A stretch of 63,640 nt of DNA, filler included, from Choristocarpus tenellus KU-1152 (Eukaryota; Protista; Phaeophyceae): NCBI GenBank assembly GCA_964200185.2. It is 7 parts of 7 records of this genome, joined end to end, with 100 filler letters (N's around TTAATTAATTAA, not from the genome) between each part and the next. Parts side by side here need not be neighbours in the genome. Positions count along the whole stretch, not along the records: positions 1 to 10,311 come from CAXNAD020002996.1; positions 10,412 to 15,947 come from CAXNAD020010487.1; positions 16,048 to 21,048 come from CAXNAD020012210.1; 4 more parts are not named here. One strand, written 5' to 3'. The notes below the pieces were generated by a model. The model was not told the origin of the DNA, searched no databases, and saw only the letters and a program-made list of their open reading frames with translations. Shown piece by piece: positions 1 to 17,577 of this stretch. A program made the translations under genes and the position numbers. Numbering within the stretch: the first letter of the stretch is position 1; every line of letters starts with the position of its first letter.

Positions 1-56
1 CCCAAAAACCCGCACAAGAAAAAATGGGGTCCAAAAGGCAAGGCAGCCCCCCCCCC

Positions 57-248
57 GACCTAAAGTATCTGGGGGGGGGGGGGGGGGGGATTCTACACCA
101 GGGTAGGGTGTCCATTTGGACCATAACCAGAAAAAGTACACTTTCATTATCCATCCGACGTATGGAATCAAATCACCCAAAAGTCGCGACATGCAAAAAT
201 TGACCGCAAATGGACAGCCACCACCCACCCCCCCAGATACTTTGAGCC
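57..248 (+). mobile_element. MITE family A copy 1 (non-autonomous TIR element, 192 bp)
   Basis: Ends GACCTAAAGTATCT-polyG and polyC-AGATACTTTGAGCC are inverted repeats. The interior is homologous to 20867-21043 (reverse) and 59133-59310. No TSD is visible at this copy. Confidence 0.85.
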
Positions 249-3200
249 TACTATATGGGTACAAAAGTCAGGGGGATGTCATTCTTTTATTTTTCTTATT
301 TTTATTCCTCTCCTGTACGCCTTATCCAAGCAACAACATAAAAAAAATACTGGACCTCATCAATTTTAGGAAAAGAGCACACCACGACTATAATAATGTT
401 ACAGATATCTAGGAATTTAACCCTGGACCCACAGAGTAGGAATATGGAGAGAACCAGAACTTTGTCAGGCAGTGAGACCGGTATGAGCCGGCCAAGGGAA
501 GAATGTATCAAGGGAATCCATAAAAAACAAAGAGAGGCATCAATGCCAGGCGACCTAGATTAGCATCACGTAGATCATCCCATGGTAAGATTAGTGTAGG
601 AGAAGCTCATTCATGTATTCTCTCAGCGAATGTCAAGGGGTACAATGGCAGCAGGGGTCTTTGTGCCGTTTGAGGGTCATAAAATGATGATGCGATACAA
701 AAACAACGGGTGAGAGTGCACGATACAGGAACTGTTGAGACTTGTGACTAAATTCAGCTGACTAGGGTACTGGAAGACAAGAAGATCACCTGCTTTCTTG
801 ACAAGGGTGGTGAGGGTCTATAACGAAGATCGAATTCTCCACCTTGGCTGAGATTGAGGTCAAGACGGCAAAGCCAGCCAAGATGGGGAATATCACTTTT
901 ACCAGGAAATGGGTACATTGTGCAGTGAATGCAGGTATCTAAGAGTTTTTTGTAGGCAGGCAGCCATCTGGAAGGGGGGAGGGGGGTTAAATTGGGATGA
1001 GGGGGTAAGAGATGGAGAGTGGACAACTGAGCCCAGCCAAGATGCATGCCAGGGGTGATGCATATTTTGTTGAGTTAAAAAAACTTAGCACAAAAAGGAA
1101 GGGATCATGTCCAGATCCACCACCAATGAAAGGTCAGTACATCGATCTTTGGCACAGCAGTTCCGGCACAAGGGACTTCAATGTTTTTTTAAGCACTGCA
1201 GATAGATGAAGGAGATATGACCTTGACTCCCCCCCATTGCACACTGACAAGCTAGGTTAGGGCTACTTGTTCTTCTCAACATTGGAGAACTGTAACGGCT
1301 CAAGTTGAAGTTACCACCTGCAAAAGCATCCACATGTGTCATTTACGTAGGTCACAAATATTTGCCAGTAAGTTTCTTAAGTGAGCAGGACAATGAACGT
1401 CTCAAACTCATACCGCTAATTCCTATCTACAAAAAAAAAGGTACCTAACAGACTTCTTTTTCTAAAGGACAACAGAGAACACAACCCTTCCACATTTTTC
1501 GAACGAGATGCCGACATTTCAATGTCTCGGAACAGTTTCTGCTGACAATAACGCCTCTTCAAAAGCGTACAGCACCAGTCCCGTTTATAGCCTCAGGATA
1601 TAGAACGTCGAATAGTCTCTCTCCTCTCGCCCTTCCAGGAAGACGGCCAGGAAAAGTTATCCGTGCTAAGTACTCCAATTACTCTACCCCTACCATTCGA
1701 TATTATAGACCGAATAGATAAGAACACAATCCAATTGTTCAAGAACAAGAACACAAATCAAGAAAAGGTAGTGTATGACCTACGTATGGCACTGCAAATG
1801 AGGGCCTTTACAAATAATAACGCTGGCAAGGAACAGGAGAATGGGTCAGCTTGCCCCGCCATGGATACCTGGTACAGCTTGTCCTTCGCCCACATAACAA
1901 TGCATCTGTCACAAGAAGAGACATTTTCTTCTGTTGTATCTAAACCACTAAACACACTGATTGGGTAGGATAGTTATTCGACTCTTTGCTGCTGGTCTGC
2001 TGGTCTACTGGTCTACTGGTCTACTCGAAGACACTTCTGCGCCGCCCAATCCCTCAACAGCCTCATACCAGTCACACCCTGTCAAACCCAGGTCGACCTA
2101 CCCATCACTCCGAAGTCTACCCTTGTACCCCAGCCCAGCCCAGCCCCCCCCCCCCTCACTGCACTGCAATCCCTGACTGACCTCAAGCCATCCACACCGC
2201 TACTAGTGATGCAGCAGAATCAGACCTCTCATCCCATCCAACCCCTTCCAGTCATCCCTCCTCCCTTCACAGGCAGACTGAACCAGGGCAAAACCAATCA
2301 AACACAACACAGCAGAAGTCCACATCCACAAAAAAAAGACAAAGTTTCCATTCAAACAGTTCTCTACCTCTTTGCCCTTCCTTGATCCCCTCTCAACTCT
2401 TACCCTACCCTCCTCAGCGGGCAACAATGTTAAAATTTCACTCATGGAAGACAGAGTCCCAACACCTCGTCCTAACCCTTGCCTGCGAATATTGCACCAC
2501 TGACATGTCTCGTGACTTTGGTGTTCATATAAATTGGATGCGTTGGCATGTGACCGTACCCATGGCTTTCAACATACACTCGAAGGCATACCAGCGGGCA
2601 AGGCCCTTGGGTACACACTTGCCCGTCCACCTGCCAGCTGAGCCAAGAGGCCGGCCTTTGAGACCTCTGTCGGGAGAGTTTTGTGTTCTTAGTCAACCTC
2701 TTCTACTTGGGGTTCAACGTCATCTCCCCCCCCCATGCCATCTTCCCCTCCTGGGAAGTCTGTCCCTCCCTCTCCTCCTCCTTCAGAACCGGAGTATGCC
2801 CTGAAGTAACAAAACAGAGGGGAAACCATTACCTCTCCTCTCTTGAATACACACAATCATTATATTGCAGATTATACAAAAAAATATATTTCATTGTAAT
2901 ATAATAATAGTACTGCGAGAAGTATTTCCATTTTGGACAATAATATAATAATATTTTTTTGTTCTTTTTTTTCTTGGTGATAACAGTTTTTTTTCTTGAA
3001 ATTTCCCAAGGAGACTCAAGGGCCCTGAAGGACCGGAAATACTGAGCACCAGGCCCCCACCTCCCTCATCTTGCCTGAGGAGTACCAGAGACACATGCAC
3101 CACACACCAAACACCATGACAGATCACCCCCAAGGTGCTATGAGCTACAATACAGGCCTCCTGTCAAATGCTTAAGATTTGTTACTGACCAGTGAACAAA

Positions 3201-5483
3201 TAGCATCTTGCTTGTGCACAACAATCCTGACATACTACATGATACTGCAACATTGGATTTGACCACCCGTAGCTAGTATGTCCAACAACTCTCTCTTCCC
3301 TTTCATTCACAATCTAAACTGCCGATGGCATCTCTAAGGGCTATTTGTTCTATATTTCCAGCCTGTGAGATCCCTTGATGAATCGCCTACTTTGGCATCT
3401 ACTCCAAAATGCACTATGTGCTATATGCACAAATTGTATCCAATCATAAGTGTTTGCCTTTGTAGACAGTGTACCCACACAGTCTCTTCTTGTCTTGACC
3501 ATATAGTCTCTAGTGATTATCTTCTCACGCCATTGGGTACTAAAAGGTTGATTCCAAACTCTAACCCTAACCCTAACCAAACACAAGCATCAAAAAGTAC
3601 TATTAAAAAAAAGAATATTTTTGAAGAGATATAATCTGATGTAGCTAGTCTACTGCTCAAAGAGATACACACTCACCCACATATATATATATATATATTA
3701 AAAATTCTTAAGGGAAAATCTTTAGGTGCCTGCTAAGAAGGTGAATAAAGATGGCTGTCTAATATAAGAACCAAGTGCTATCACGCAGATAAAACACTGA
3801 CTACAACTTCTCCAACGGACTTTTTTTATTTTAATGGGATGCAATAATAAAACAAAATTACTTCTTTATTCTTGGTACACAAAAAAATAGACAAAAAATT
3901 GTCATAAAATAAAAATATTTGTAAGATGCGATCATTTTCCAATGTGCAGATAGCAGCATAAAACACTCCAGTAATATCGATATTGCCATAAAATCAAAAA
4001 CCAACAAAATATAACATACAATAATATTAATAAATGTAGGTACCAGAACTTTTCATCAGGCCAGGCAAAATGCATAGGCACCAATATGTGAGTCTAATGG
4101 GTTCAAATATTTTCTGTTTTTTTCCCAACAAGGGGCATCAGGGACTGTAATTGGACTGTTCCGTGGCCACAGTAAAACAAACATACATGGCACGGAGGCA
4201 ACCTGGTCCGATCCCAAATAAGTTTATCGTAATGACGGAAAATATTGTGGGAAAAAAGACTTACTATTAATAGCACATTCCCACACGAGTGACAGAAAGT
4301 ATGGGGAACAGCCTGATACATTTCAACCAGGCAAGTCAAGTTCAAATACTCTCTAATCTAGAAGGATTAACTACAATCAACTATTACACATGTGTATTTC
4401 AACATGGCCAGCTCAAAGGCCAGCTCGTCATCATACTAGCCAGGTGTAACCATCGGTGTTTATGGTAGGGGGGGTGAGATATTGCAGAGCGTGTGCACAA
4501 ATCCAGAACATTCTAGAACATTCTCAATCTCTCTGCAAAAAAAAATAAGTTGTCGCAACACTATCACATCATGACTCTCACCCACGGAAATAAATAGAGC
4601 CAGCTTTATGTACAGAGAGTCGATTTTGAGAAAAAACCTCAGAAATTTCCACTAACCAGACATTGTCCGGATCAATAGATTGGTGTGGCGTTGTGAGGTA
4701 TACCTTTAATATGACACATACTGAGGACTATATACATTCAATAGTTTGAAGCATCATTGGTACCTTTCACAATAGTCACTCATACTGTTCTGCCAAATCC
4801 ATCACTTCAATATTTACTTATCTGCATCCTTAACCCTAACCCTAGATGCGTAAGACAATTGGTATATACTGTTGGTATATAATATATAAAATTGGTACAT
4901 ACTATCAGGAATCTGTAGTAGACTGGTCACACAATGCATGCCATTTGCTTCACCATAACCCTAAGCTCACTTGAAATAGCTTTCATCACAAGAGAATCTG
5001 CTGGATAGTTGAAACTGTCATGAGAACAAAACATAAAATAAAATATAATACTAATAATAATGTCTATGAACAAGGTAATAATAATAATAAAAATAAAGAG
5101 AAATTCTTCATTCTTTTTTTTACTTCTTGAAAAAGAAAAGACCCAATCTCAATCGACTCGTCTTATTGGTTGGACATGGTAAATAAAATTATGACTGTAC
5201 TTCTGTATGGCTACCTACCCTAACCCTACCCGCCACATCAACTGGCACACTTGATATTTTTGAAAGGGTTAGGATTACCCCTGTAACACTCCAATCGTGC
5301 GCCCACAAAATCACTCCCCTTCTTAGAGGTTGAAGGGTTGAAGTTATTTTTTTAAATAAATATTTTTGTGGCATAGCAATGTCAAAAAAGAACAGTATGT
5401 TAAAGTGATGCCAAGACAAATTGAACAAAAGCAAATGTATAGGTACAGTTTAAAATTAAGTAAAATAAATAAGATTGACATAC

Positions 5484-8400
5484 CTCGCCATGATGGGATT
5501 TGCAACTGCTTCCACCTCCTTCTGCTTTGCATCACACTCTTCCTCCTCAGCAGCTGGGTTAGAATCCAACCACTATCCAACAGACACAATACAATACATA
5601 GAACACACACAGATAATGATCGTGTTATAGCTGATAAAAAATGGTAGAAGGCTAGGTAAGGGGTTGTACTGTTCATAAAAATAAAGGTTGGGGTTAGGGT
5701 TAGGGCAATGTATGAGTATCTCTCGGACGGAGGGCAATGTAAAAATAAAATTAGTGTGAGAACTGCAATGGTGACTGCTCACACATCATGACCACTTTGC
5801 TAACCCTAACCCTAACCACAGCACAAGCAATAAATAAAAACAATGAACTCTACTCAACCACAATGATTTCTTTTTATTGTTTTTTCATGACAAAATAAAA
5901 ATAAAAATTCTATCCGCCTGAAAAAATAAATAAAAATAATTTAATAGCAACAACCAATCGACGCAGCCAGGGCCATGTAAAAAAATGTTACCTCACCTGC
6001 AGTATTTTCAGTACTGAAACCCTAACCCTAACCCTAACCATGCAGTATGCAATCTAAACTTAGGGTTAGGGTTACTGCACCTAGTCTACCTTAGCCTATG
6101 GGTTTCACATGAAAGTATATTACCAAAAACCAACAATATGTACACGGATGTTACTGTAATAGCACCATCTAAGGACCCTTAAAAAAAAAGAACATCCATA
6201 CCAGGGCATGGGATAGCACAGCATACCTCAAGGGCAGCCTCAACGGATGTCTTGAGCTCCTCCAAGTCCTCCTCAGACAGCTTGTCCTTGATTGTATCTT
6301 CATAGGCACTCTTGAGGTTGTACAGGTAAGTCTCCAAGCTGTTTCTTGACTCCACATTGGCTCTGGAAAAAGAAAAGTGAATGTCGAGAGAAATTAAATA
6401 AATATACTGTATGTATATATATATATATTTATATATGTACATTTATTTTCTACAAACATAGCATGGTTTTCTCTCTATCATACCACAACAGCAGTATTTC
6501 TGCTGAAGGGAAGAAAAGTAAAGTAAGGCAAATTTAAGTTAAGTCAAGTTAAGCTAAGCTAAGCTAAGCTAAGCTAAGCTAAGCTAAGCTAAGTAGAGTA
6601 GAGTAAATCAAAGGGAAGTATGGCAAATTTAAGAAAAATAAAGTTAAGCTAAGTACATAAAAGTAAAGTCAAAAGTATGCCCACACGTTAACCATTTCTG
6701 CACACGCGAAGGTACCCGATCAACTCCAGTACACACATCAAAAATAAAACACCTCTTTATGTGGTATTAACACATAAAAGTAACGTAAACAGTTAAACAC
6801 AACCTAAAAAACCATCATGTACACAGGTATACATATCTATATATACATACATCCGATCACACAAAAGGCCCTTCCATTCAGTCTACACTCATCAATATGG
6901 TGGCATTGAAGAGCTGAGAGTATTTGCAGCTTTACTATTTATCATGAATCTTGGGCTTACATTCCACTATATCCTAACCCTAAGATATATTCTGACTACT
7001 CTTAGCACTAGTATCATTAGTATACTTCATAGCACTAGGAACATATTAACCATGTCGATTTCTCAGCAGAAAATGTAGTGCAAAATATTTAATCATTGGT
7101 GAAAAAAAACAAAAGACCTACACAACATTCACAACATACACATACACACATTCGGTCTCGATCGATCTGATTTTACAACAGACCCACCTAAGAAAGAGCC
7201 GGTCCGTTACTAGAGCTGTTATGACTGTGGTACTCTAAAATAGTAGAGTCCTACAAACCTGGATGGTACTAGCACAATCCATCCATGGTACCAGTGCTAA
7301 TAAAGTGATTAGTAAAACCCATATGAATTTCAGACAAACGAACAATCCAATGGCTTTGCCGTCTCCCCTCTCTCCAACGACTGCATTCACCCAGTGTTAA
7401 CCTCTCTATAGCGAGGCACCTCATTTGACATGATTACTGTAGGATTACTGTAGGAAGATAAATAAAACACCATCAAAGATCGCATCCCCCCTAAAAAAAC
7501 AGTACCTCAACTGCATTGTGGCTCTTGATCAACCATTAACACCACTTCAAAATCTACTCTGGAGTGTTAGTGTTAGTGTTAGGGAAGGTCGTTCATTCAT
7601 TGCTTAGGGTTAGGGCTGTTTGTTTCATGGCACCTGTCCTTTCGATCCTGCTCTGCAAACTCTTCTGCCTCCTTAAGCATCCTCTCTATTTCATCATCCG
7701 ACAATCTTCCCTTCTCAGAGGTGATAGTGATCTGCTGGACTTTTCCACTTGCCTTGTCTTCAGCTGACACCTATGGTATTGCCATAAAGCAATTATATAT
7801 TATTATTATATTATTAAAACACACACAAAATAAAAAGACGTAACAATGGCACATACTATGTATATTAATATACTAATATGTCACAGCAATGAAATAATAC
7901 TGCATAGGTGTTAAGCACATATAATAAGATTAATTAAATACAGTACTTACTGTAAGATGTAACAATGGCACATACTATACATATTAATATACTGGTATGT
8001 CACAGCAATGAAATAATACTGTGTATGTGTTAAACACTTAATAATAAGATAAATTAAATACACACATAATAAATAAACATATCAATGGCATTTTGCATAG
8101 GGAATAAGAGGAAGCATGAATACAATAAAATCATACAAACATGACAACATCAGTCTCTACTGCTGAGAGGAAAGCCTTTTGACATATCAATGGACCCATG
8201 TTTCAAAAGAATCAAATACACGCCTCTTTTCTCCAGTAACAATAACAAAATACATTCTGAACACACCATTAAAATAATAAAGTATACACACATATAAAAA
8301 GAAATCCTTAAAATAAAATAACCAATGACAGCAGGATGAGGTAACAATCAAATAAATACACTCAGTGCATATCATAGGGTAAGGGTTATTCATTTTACTT

Positions 8401-9317
8401 CATGTGAAAACATAATATCTATGAAGGTTAAGGACTGTTGGAGCTTCATACCATATATATTTTTTTACGACACTGTAGTTCCCCCCGCCCCCCCCAAAAA
8501 AACTTCTGTAAACAAAAAAAATGAATTTAACAAAATAATTCAGGGTTAGGGCTGTTCTGTTTTGAAGAAAGGTATGGCAGCAGTTAAATTAAAATAATAC
8601 AAAAAAATAGTTGAACATACATACAACGAGCACAACCCCCCTCTAAAAAATATATATATCAACAGCTGAAACAAAAAAACAAACGCATCTTGTGATATGA
8701 TATGATAGACTATGTTATGTAACTATATGTGTTAACATACCTGAAGGATACCGTTGGCATCAACATCGAATGACTATGTTATGTTATGTTATGTTACGTA
8801 ACGATATGTGTTAACATACCTGAAGGATACCATTGGCATCAACATCGAATGACACCTCAACCTGAGGAGTTCCTCTTGGCGCTGGGGGGATGCCTGACAG
8901 TTCAAATTTTCCAAGTAGACGATTGTCTCGTGTCATGGTACGTTCCCCCTCAAAGACCTGACTCAAGCCAAGCAAATATATATATATATATATTAAAAAA
9001 AAGAATGGGGGAGAGATGTGAACCAGTACTAAAGTATTAAAATATCTATACTCTCCCCTTTCTGAGTTGTTTGTTAACACAATACCACAATACCATTAAC
9101 TGTTGTACTATTGTACTATGTGGGTCAATCCATTGGTTAATGTGTGAATGCACCAGAGTAAAGAGGGTTAGGGTCGGGATGTAAGAGTACAAACTAAAGG
9201 GTTAGGGCAAGAGTTAGGATGCTGTCGGCAAAAAAAGTAAATATTTTCTTATACATGAAAAAATGTTTAGAAAGGTGTCTACTTTGAACCATCACATCAG
9301 GAAACCTTTAAACTAAA

Positions 9318-9350
<33 letters not shown>

Positions 9351-10209
9351 TCAGTAGTATATTTTTACTATCTCCTGAGCATCTCATTCCTTAAACTTGT
9401 GAATTTCGAAGCAGGTAATAATATTAATAAAATAATAATTGGAATAGAAATAAAATAACAATAATAGTAGTAGTAATAGTAATACACAATAATAATAATA
9501 CCTGACAAAAAACCCCAACAGTTTTTGATCAGACTTCTCTTCCAGTTGCTTTAACAAAAAAGAAAGTTTAAAGTAGAAGATGTGAGTGTCAAATTTCGAT
9601 CTCAGAAGATGAATCAACAACAACACTATGGTGAAGAAAATAGATATCTGATAAATAAAAAGAAAATAGATATCATGAATGTCGTTATTTATCACACGGA
9701 CTGATTTCCTCTTCACAACTACTCTTAACATAAAAAAGATAAAATATTATTAAAAAAATATCAAATCGATTCATTGTTTTCTACATTAAATACATATTTA
9801 ACAAAATGTATACTCTATTATAGTAAGATACACAAAAAAAACCATTCAAAAATAAATAAATTAAAATTTTCAAAAAAATAAATAAAAAAGTAAGTAAATA
9901 TATATACGTTTCTTCTTTCGAGCGATCATCTCTACTCTCTACCAATCAAATACACACATCCCTTGAAGAAAAATTCAAATTCAAAATTCAAAATACAAGC
10001 AAGAGAAACAGGGAGTGTTGACCAAGCTACATACTTCTCACACGGTGCTTCTCCTCCTGCCTTCCAAGTACTACAAACATAGGGAAAGGGTTATATACCT
10101 GGATGAGCACCCCTGGTTGGTTGTCCACGTAGGTAGAGAAGCGCTGAGATTTGTGTACTGGGATAGTCGTACCCCTGTCAATGAGCTTGGTCATCACCCC
10201 TCCTGCAGT
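5484..10209 (-). CDS. BiP: HSP70 family chaperone, ER-luminal BiP-like, partial (substrate-binding domain and lid); exons 10099-10209, 8820-8957, 7634-7770, 6227-6362, 5484-5572
   Basis: All introns are GT-AG with consistent phases. Spliced translation: [147 protein letters not shown]...AALE/WLDSNP...VANPIMA. The 5' part is lost at the linker. The last exon (retention signal) was not found, so BiP versus cytosolic HSP70 is inferred from [11 protein letters not shown] and EAEEFAEQD. Confidence 0.92.
6536..6595. repeat. (AAGCT)n pentanucleotide microsatellite in HSP70 intron
   Basis: Direct reading: about 8 perfect AAGCT units plus degenerate AAGTT/AAGTC units. Confidence 0.9.
7839..8061. repeat. 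About 120-bp intronic tandem duplication
   Basis: gtaacaatggcacatactat...gtcacagcaatgaaataatactg...ataataagat.aattaaataca occurs at 7839-7941 and again at 7959-8061. Confidence 0.85.
8708..8853. repeat. Tandem duplication copying the 3' end and donor site of an HSP70 exon
   Basis: atatgtgttaacatacctgaaggatacc(g/a)ttggcatcaacatcgaatgac is present at about 8725-8774 and 8804-8853. Confidence 0.9.
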
Positions 10210-10311
10210 CTTTGAATTTAAATTTAAATTTGAATTCAAGTTCAAAAAAAGGAAAAAATCAAATAATTAAAACACGAACAGCATTTTTTTTTTAATGGGA
10301 ACACAAATACC

Positions 10312-10411
10312 NNNNNNNNNNNNNNNNNNNNNNNNNNNNNNNNNNNNNNNNNNNNTTAATTAATTAANNNNNNNNNNNNNNNNNNNNNNNNNNNNNNNNN
10401 NNNNNNNNNNN
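10312..10411. other. Artificial contig linker (44N-TTAATTAATTAA-44N); same linker at 15948-16047, 21049-21148, 28026-28125, 57902-58001, 60797-60896
   Basis: An identical 100-nt spacer occurs six times, and its 12-mer places stop codons in all six frames. Confidence 0.97.
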
Positions 10412-10423
10412 TGCTGTTGTTGG

Positions 10424-15358
<4,935 letters not shown>

Positions 15359-16047
15359 ACACTCCCACCAACTCCTTTGTCTCCTTCTCCACCCCTACCT
15401 CCAACCTCAAGTCAGGCTGATCACAGGATGTGGTCAGTCCAAAGGCACCAAGCAAGTTCATGTGCTATAGGGCTTCCTCTCCCTCTTGTCCTTTCTCACT
15501 GACCGTCCCCACTCTTAAGGAGTATTACAAAGCTGTGTGAATCCCTCTAGTCCTGTTGCTAAGTGCCACTTGCACTGTTCAATCCACCCCACCACCTCTT
15601 GTTCGGCCCCGTACAAACTTTGTTCAGTCTTCCTTCACCTCTAGTCCTCGTGTCCACAGCACAAACAAAATCACAGACAAAAAACACCACACACTAAGTT
15701 GTCCTGACCTCCTGTCCCTGCCTCTCCACCAATGTACCTCCCTCTCCTCACCTATTGGACCTAGAAACTCTATCAACTGTGGACCACAGTCCAGTCCCGC
15801 CCTCCAAGGAGTTGCGGAACAGCAAACAGCAACAACGAGACAAAACACCCACACAAGCACACGCCTGACCAAGTCTTCTTCGGCCCATCAGTGACAATAT
15901 GATTGTCCCTTGGCCCCGCCCCGCAACCCCCCTCCCCCGCGCCGACCNNNNNNNNNNNNNNNNNNNNNNNNNNNNNNNNNNNNNNNNNNNNTTAATTAAT
16001 TAANNNNNNNNNNNNNNNNNNNNNNNNNNNNNNNNNNNNNNNNNNNN

Positions 16048-16069
16048 CCCCTCCCAGATACTTTGGGTC
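16048..16069 (-). mobile_element. MITE family A terminal fragment at contig edge
   Basis: cccctcccAGATACTTTGGGTC is the reverse complement of the GACCCAAAGTATCTgggagggg end seen at 59133. Confidence 0.75.
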
Positions 16070-17577
16070 TGCTGGGTATGCTAGGATCAGCGGGATGTAG
16101 ATTGCATGAGGAGATTGAGAATTACTATGCAATCATTTGTAGCGTATTGAATTCCTGCCAACACACTGTGCATTCCTAATATTAGTACTTGGTACTAGTA
16201 CTTTGGACCACTTCATGCTGTACAGCCATACAAGTTCTGATGTATCACTAGAAGTAGGTGTTGGCAGAATCTATTTACATAAAAATGTGAACTTTAATTC
16301 TAGAACGATATCTCAACATCTTCTGGTCCTTGTGATTGTCAAGAGAAGATAATGATTGAATTTGTATCCAGAACAGATCTGCATTCAGCACCACGGCGCT
16401 GAGGTGAGAAAGTTGTCTTGCAAACCAAGACAAGTTGGGGCTTGAATCTCCTGGGTGTGGGTACCTCCTCAGTCATCATACGTGAACATGATCCGAGAAA
16501 GTGAGGTTGAGGGGGCTTGAATTGGATCAAGGGAACAAAGCAAATTGAATAACATGAGAACTTGATAATAGTAAATGTCATTGATAAATCAACTAATTTG
16601 CAAAATGAGAAGAATCAAAACGAACTAAGAATAATAAAAACCTCATTGAAGATGTAAGAGAATATGTGAAAGGTGAGTTGGTATATAGAAAATGATAAAT
16701 TCTAATCGGTGGTTGATGCATTTTTTTGGTTTAGACGCATGAATTAAACCATTAATTGAACAAGTATGGGTTCTAATGAGGCGAGATAATACACCTACTC
16801 AAAACTGATGAATTTACTATTGATATCTTTACAACTAAGTCTTCCTAAGTCCTTCTTTCATACTCTGGTTGAGGTGTGGAATCGTTTCTTTGCTTTTCCT
16901 CAAGGTTCATCAGCCTTTAATTTATCCACATTATGATCAACCTTTTTTTTGTATTGAAATGGTTAGTGCACCATTGTGTTTCAGTGCAGTCAAAGTAAAC
17001 AAGAGATACCCAGATTGAGTTGCATTATAGGGATGCTGACAAAAATATATATGGAAAATTCGATTATTTAGGAAATGGTATGATATATTTTCTGACGTTC
17101 TGTCGAAAAGTATCAGATAATAGAGAAATCAACACTTAACTCAAATTTATCACATCCATAGAAATAAGTGCGAATTGCAAAAGATTGAAAAAATGGCTTA
17201 AAATGCAAAACGGGCAATATCTGGTACTCTTGATTACTTTGACTCAAAATTAGAAGATATGTCCAAGAATTGTGCCGTCTATATTCATGATTGATTGTGA
17301 TTGGTATTAATCACGATTCCTGCCACTATCTGCATGCAAAAAATTAACAAGTCATTGTTAACATGTTCTAGGTTTGAGTCAACATCATCAAGTAACGATA
17401 GTCCAAATTAGTAAGAGATTAGAGTGAAAGAACTTTTTTCTTATTTCCAGCAGAGACTAGTACAATATTTTGTCCATCATGTCTTGTGGATTAAAGGAGA
17501 CAATTGCTGCGTGCAATAACTGTGCACCAAGAAATGTTCAGGTTGTCATTTTCAAACCCGAACCTCAACAATCTCAC

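Noticed and set aside
250-3300. Short ORFs as genes
   Set aside because: No recognisable motifs or consistent exon structure; probably old repeat debris.
4405-4440. DDEL on the minus strand as the BiP terminal exon
   Set aside because: It is not followed by a stop and is in the wrong phase for the preceding phase-2 intron.
16600-16890. Copia RNase H relic (DIFT..SLPK)
   Set aside because: Only one short degenerate motif, too weak to call.
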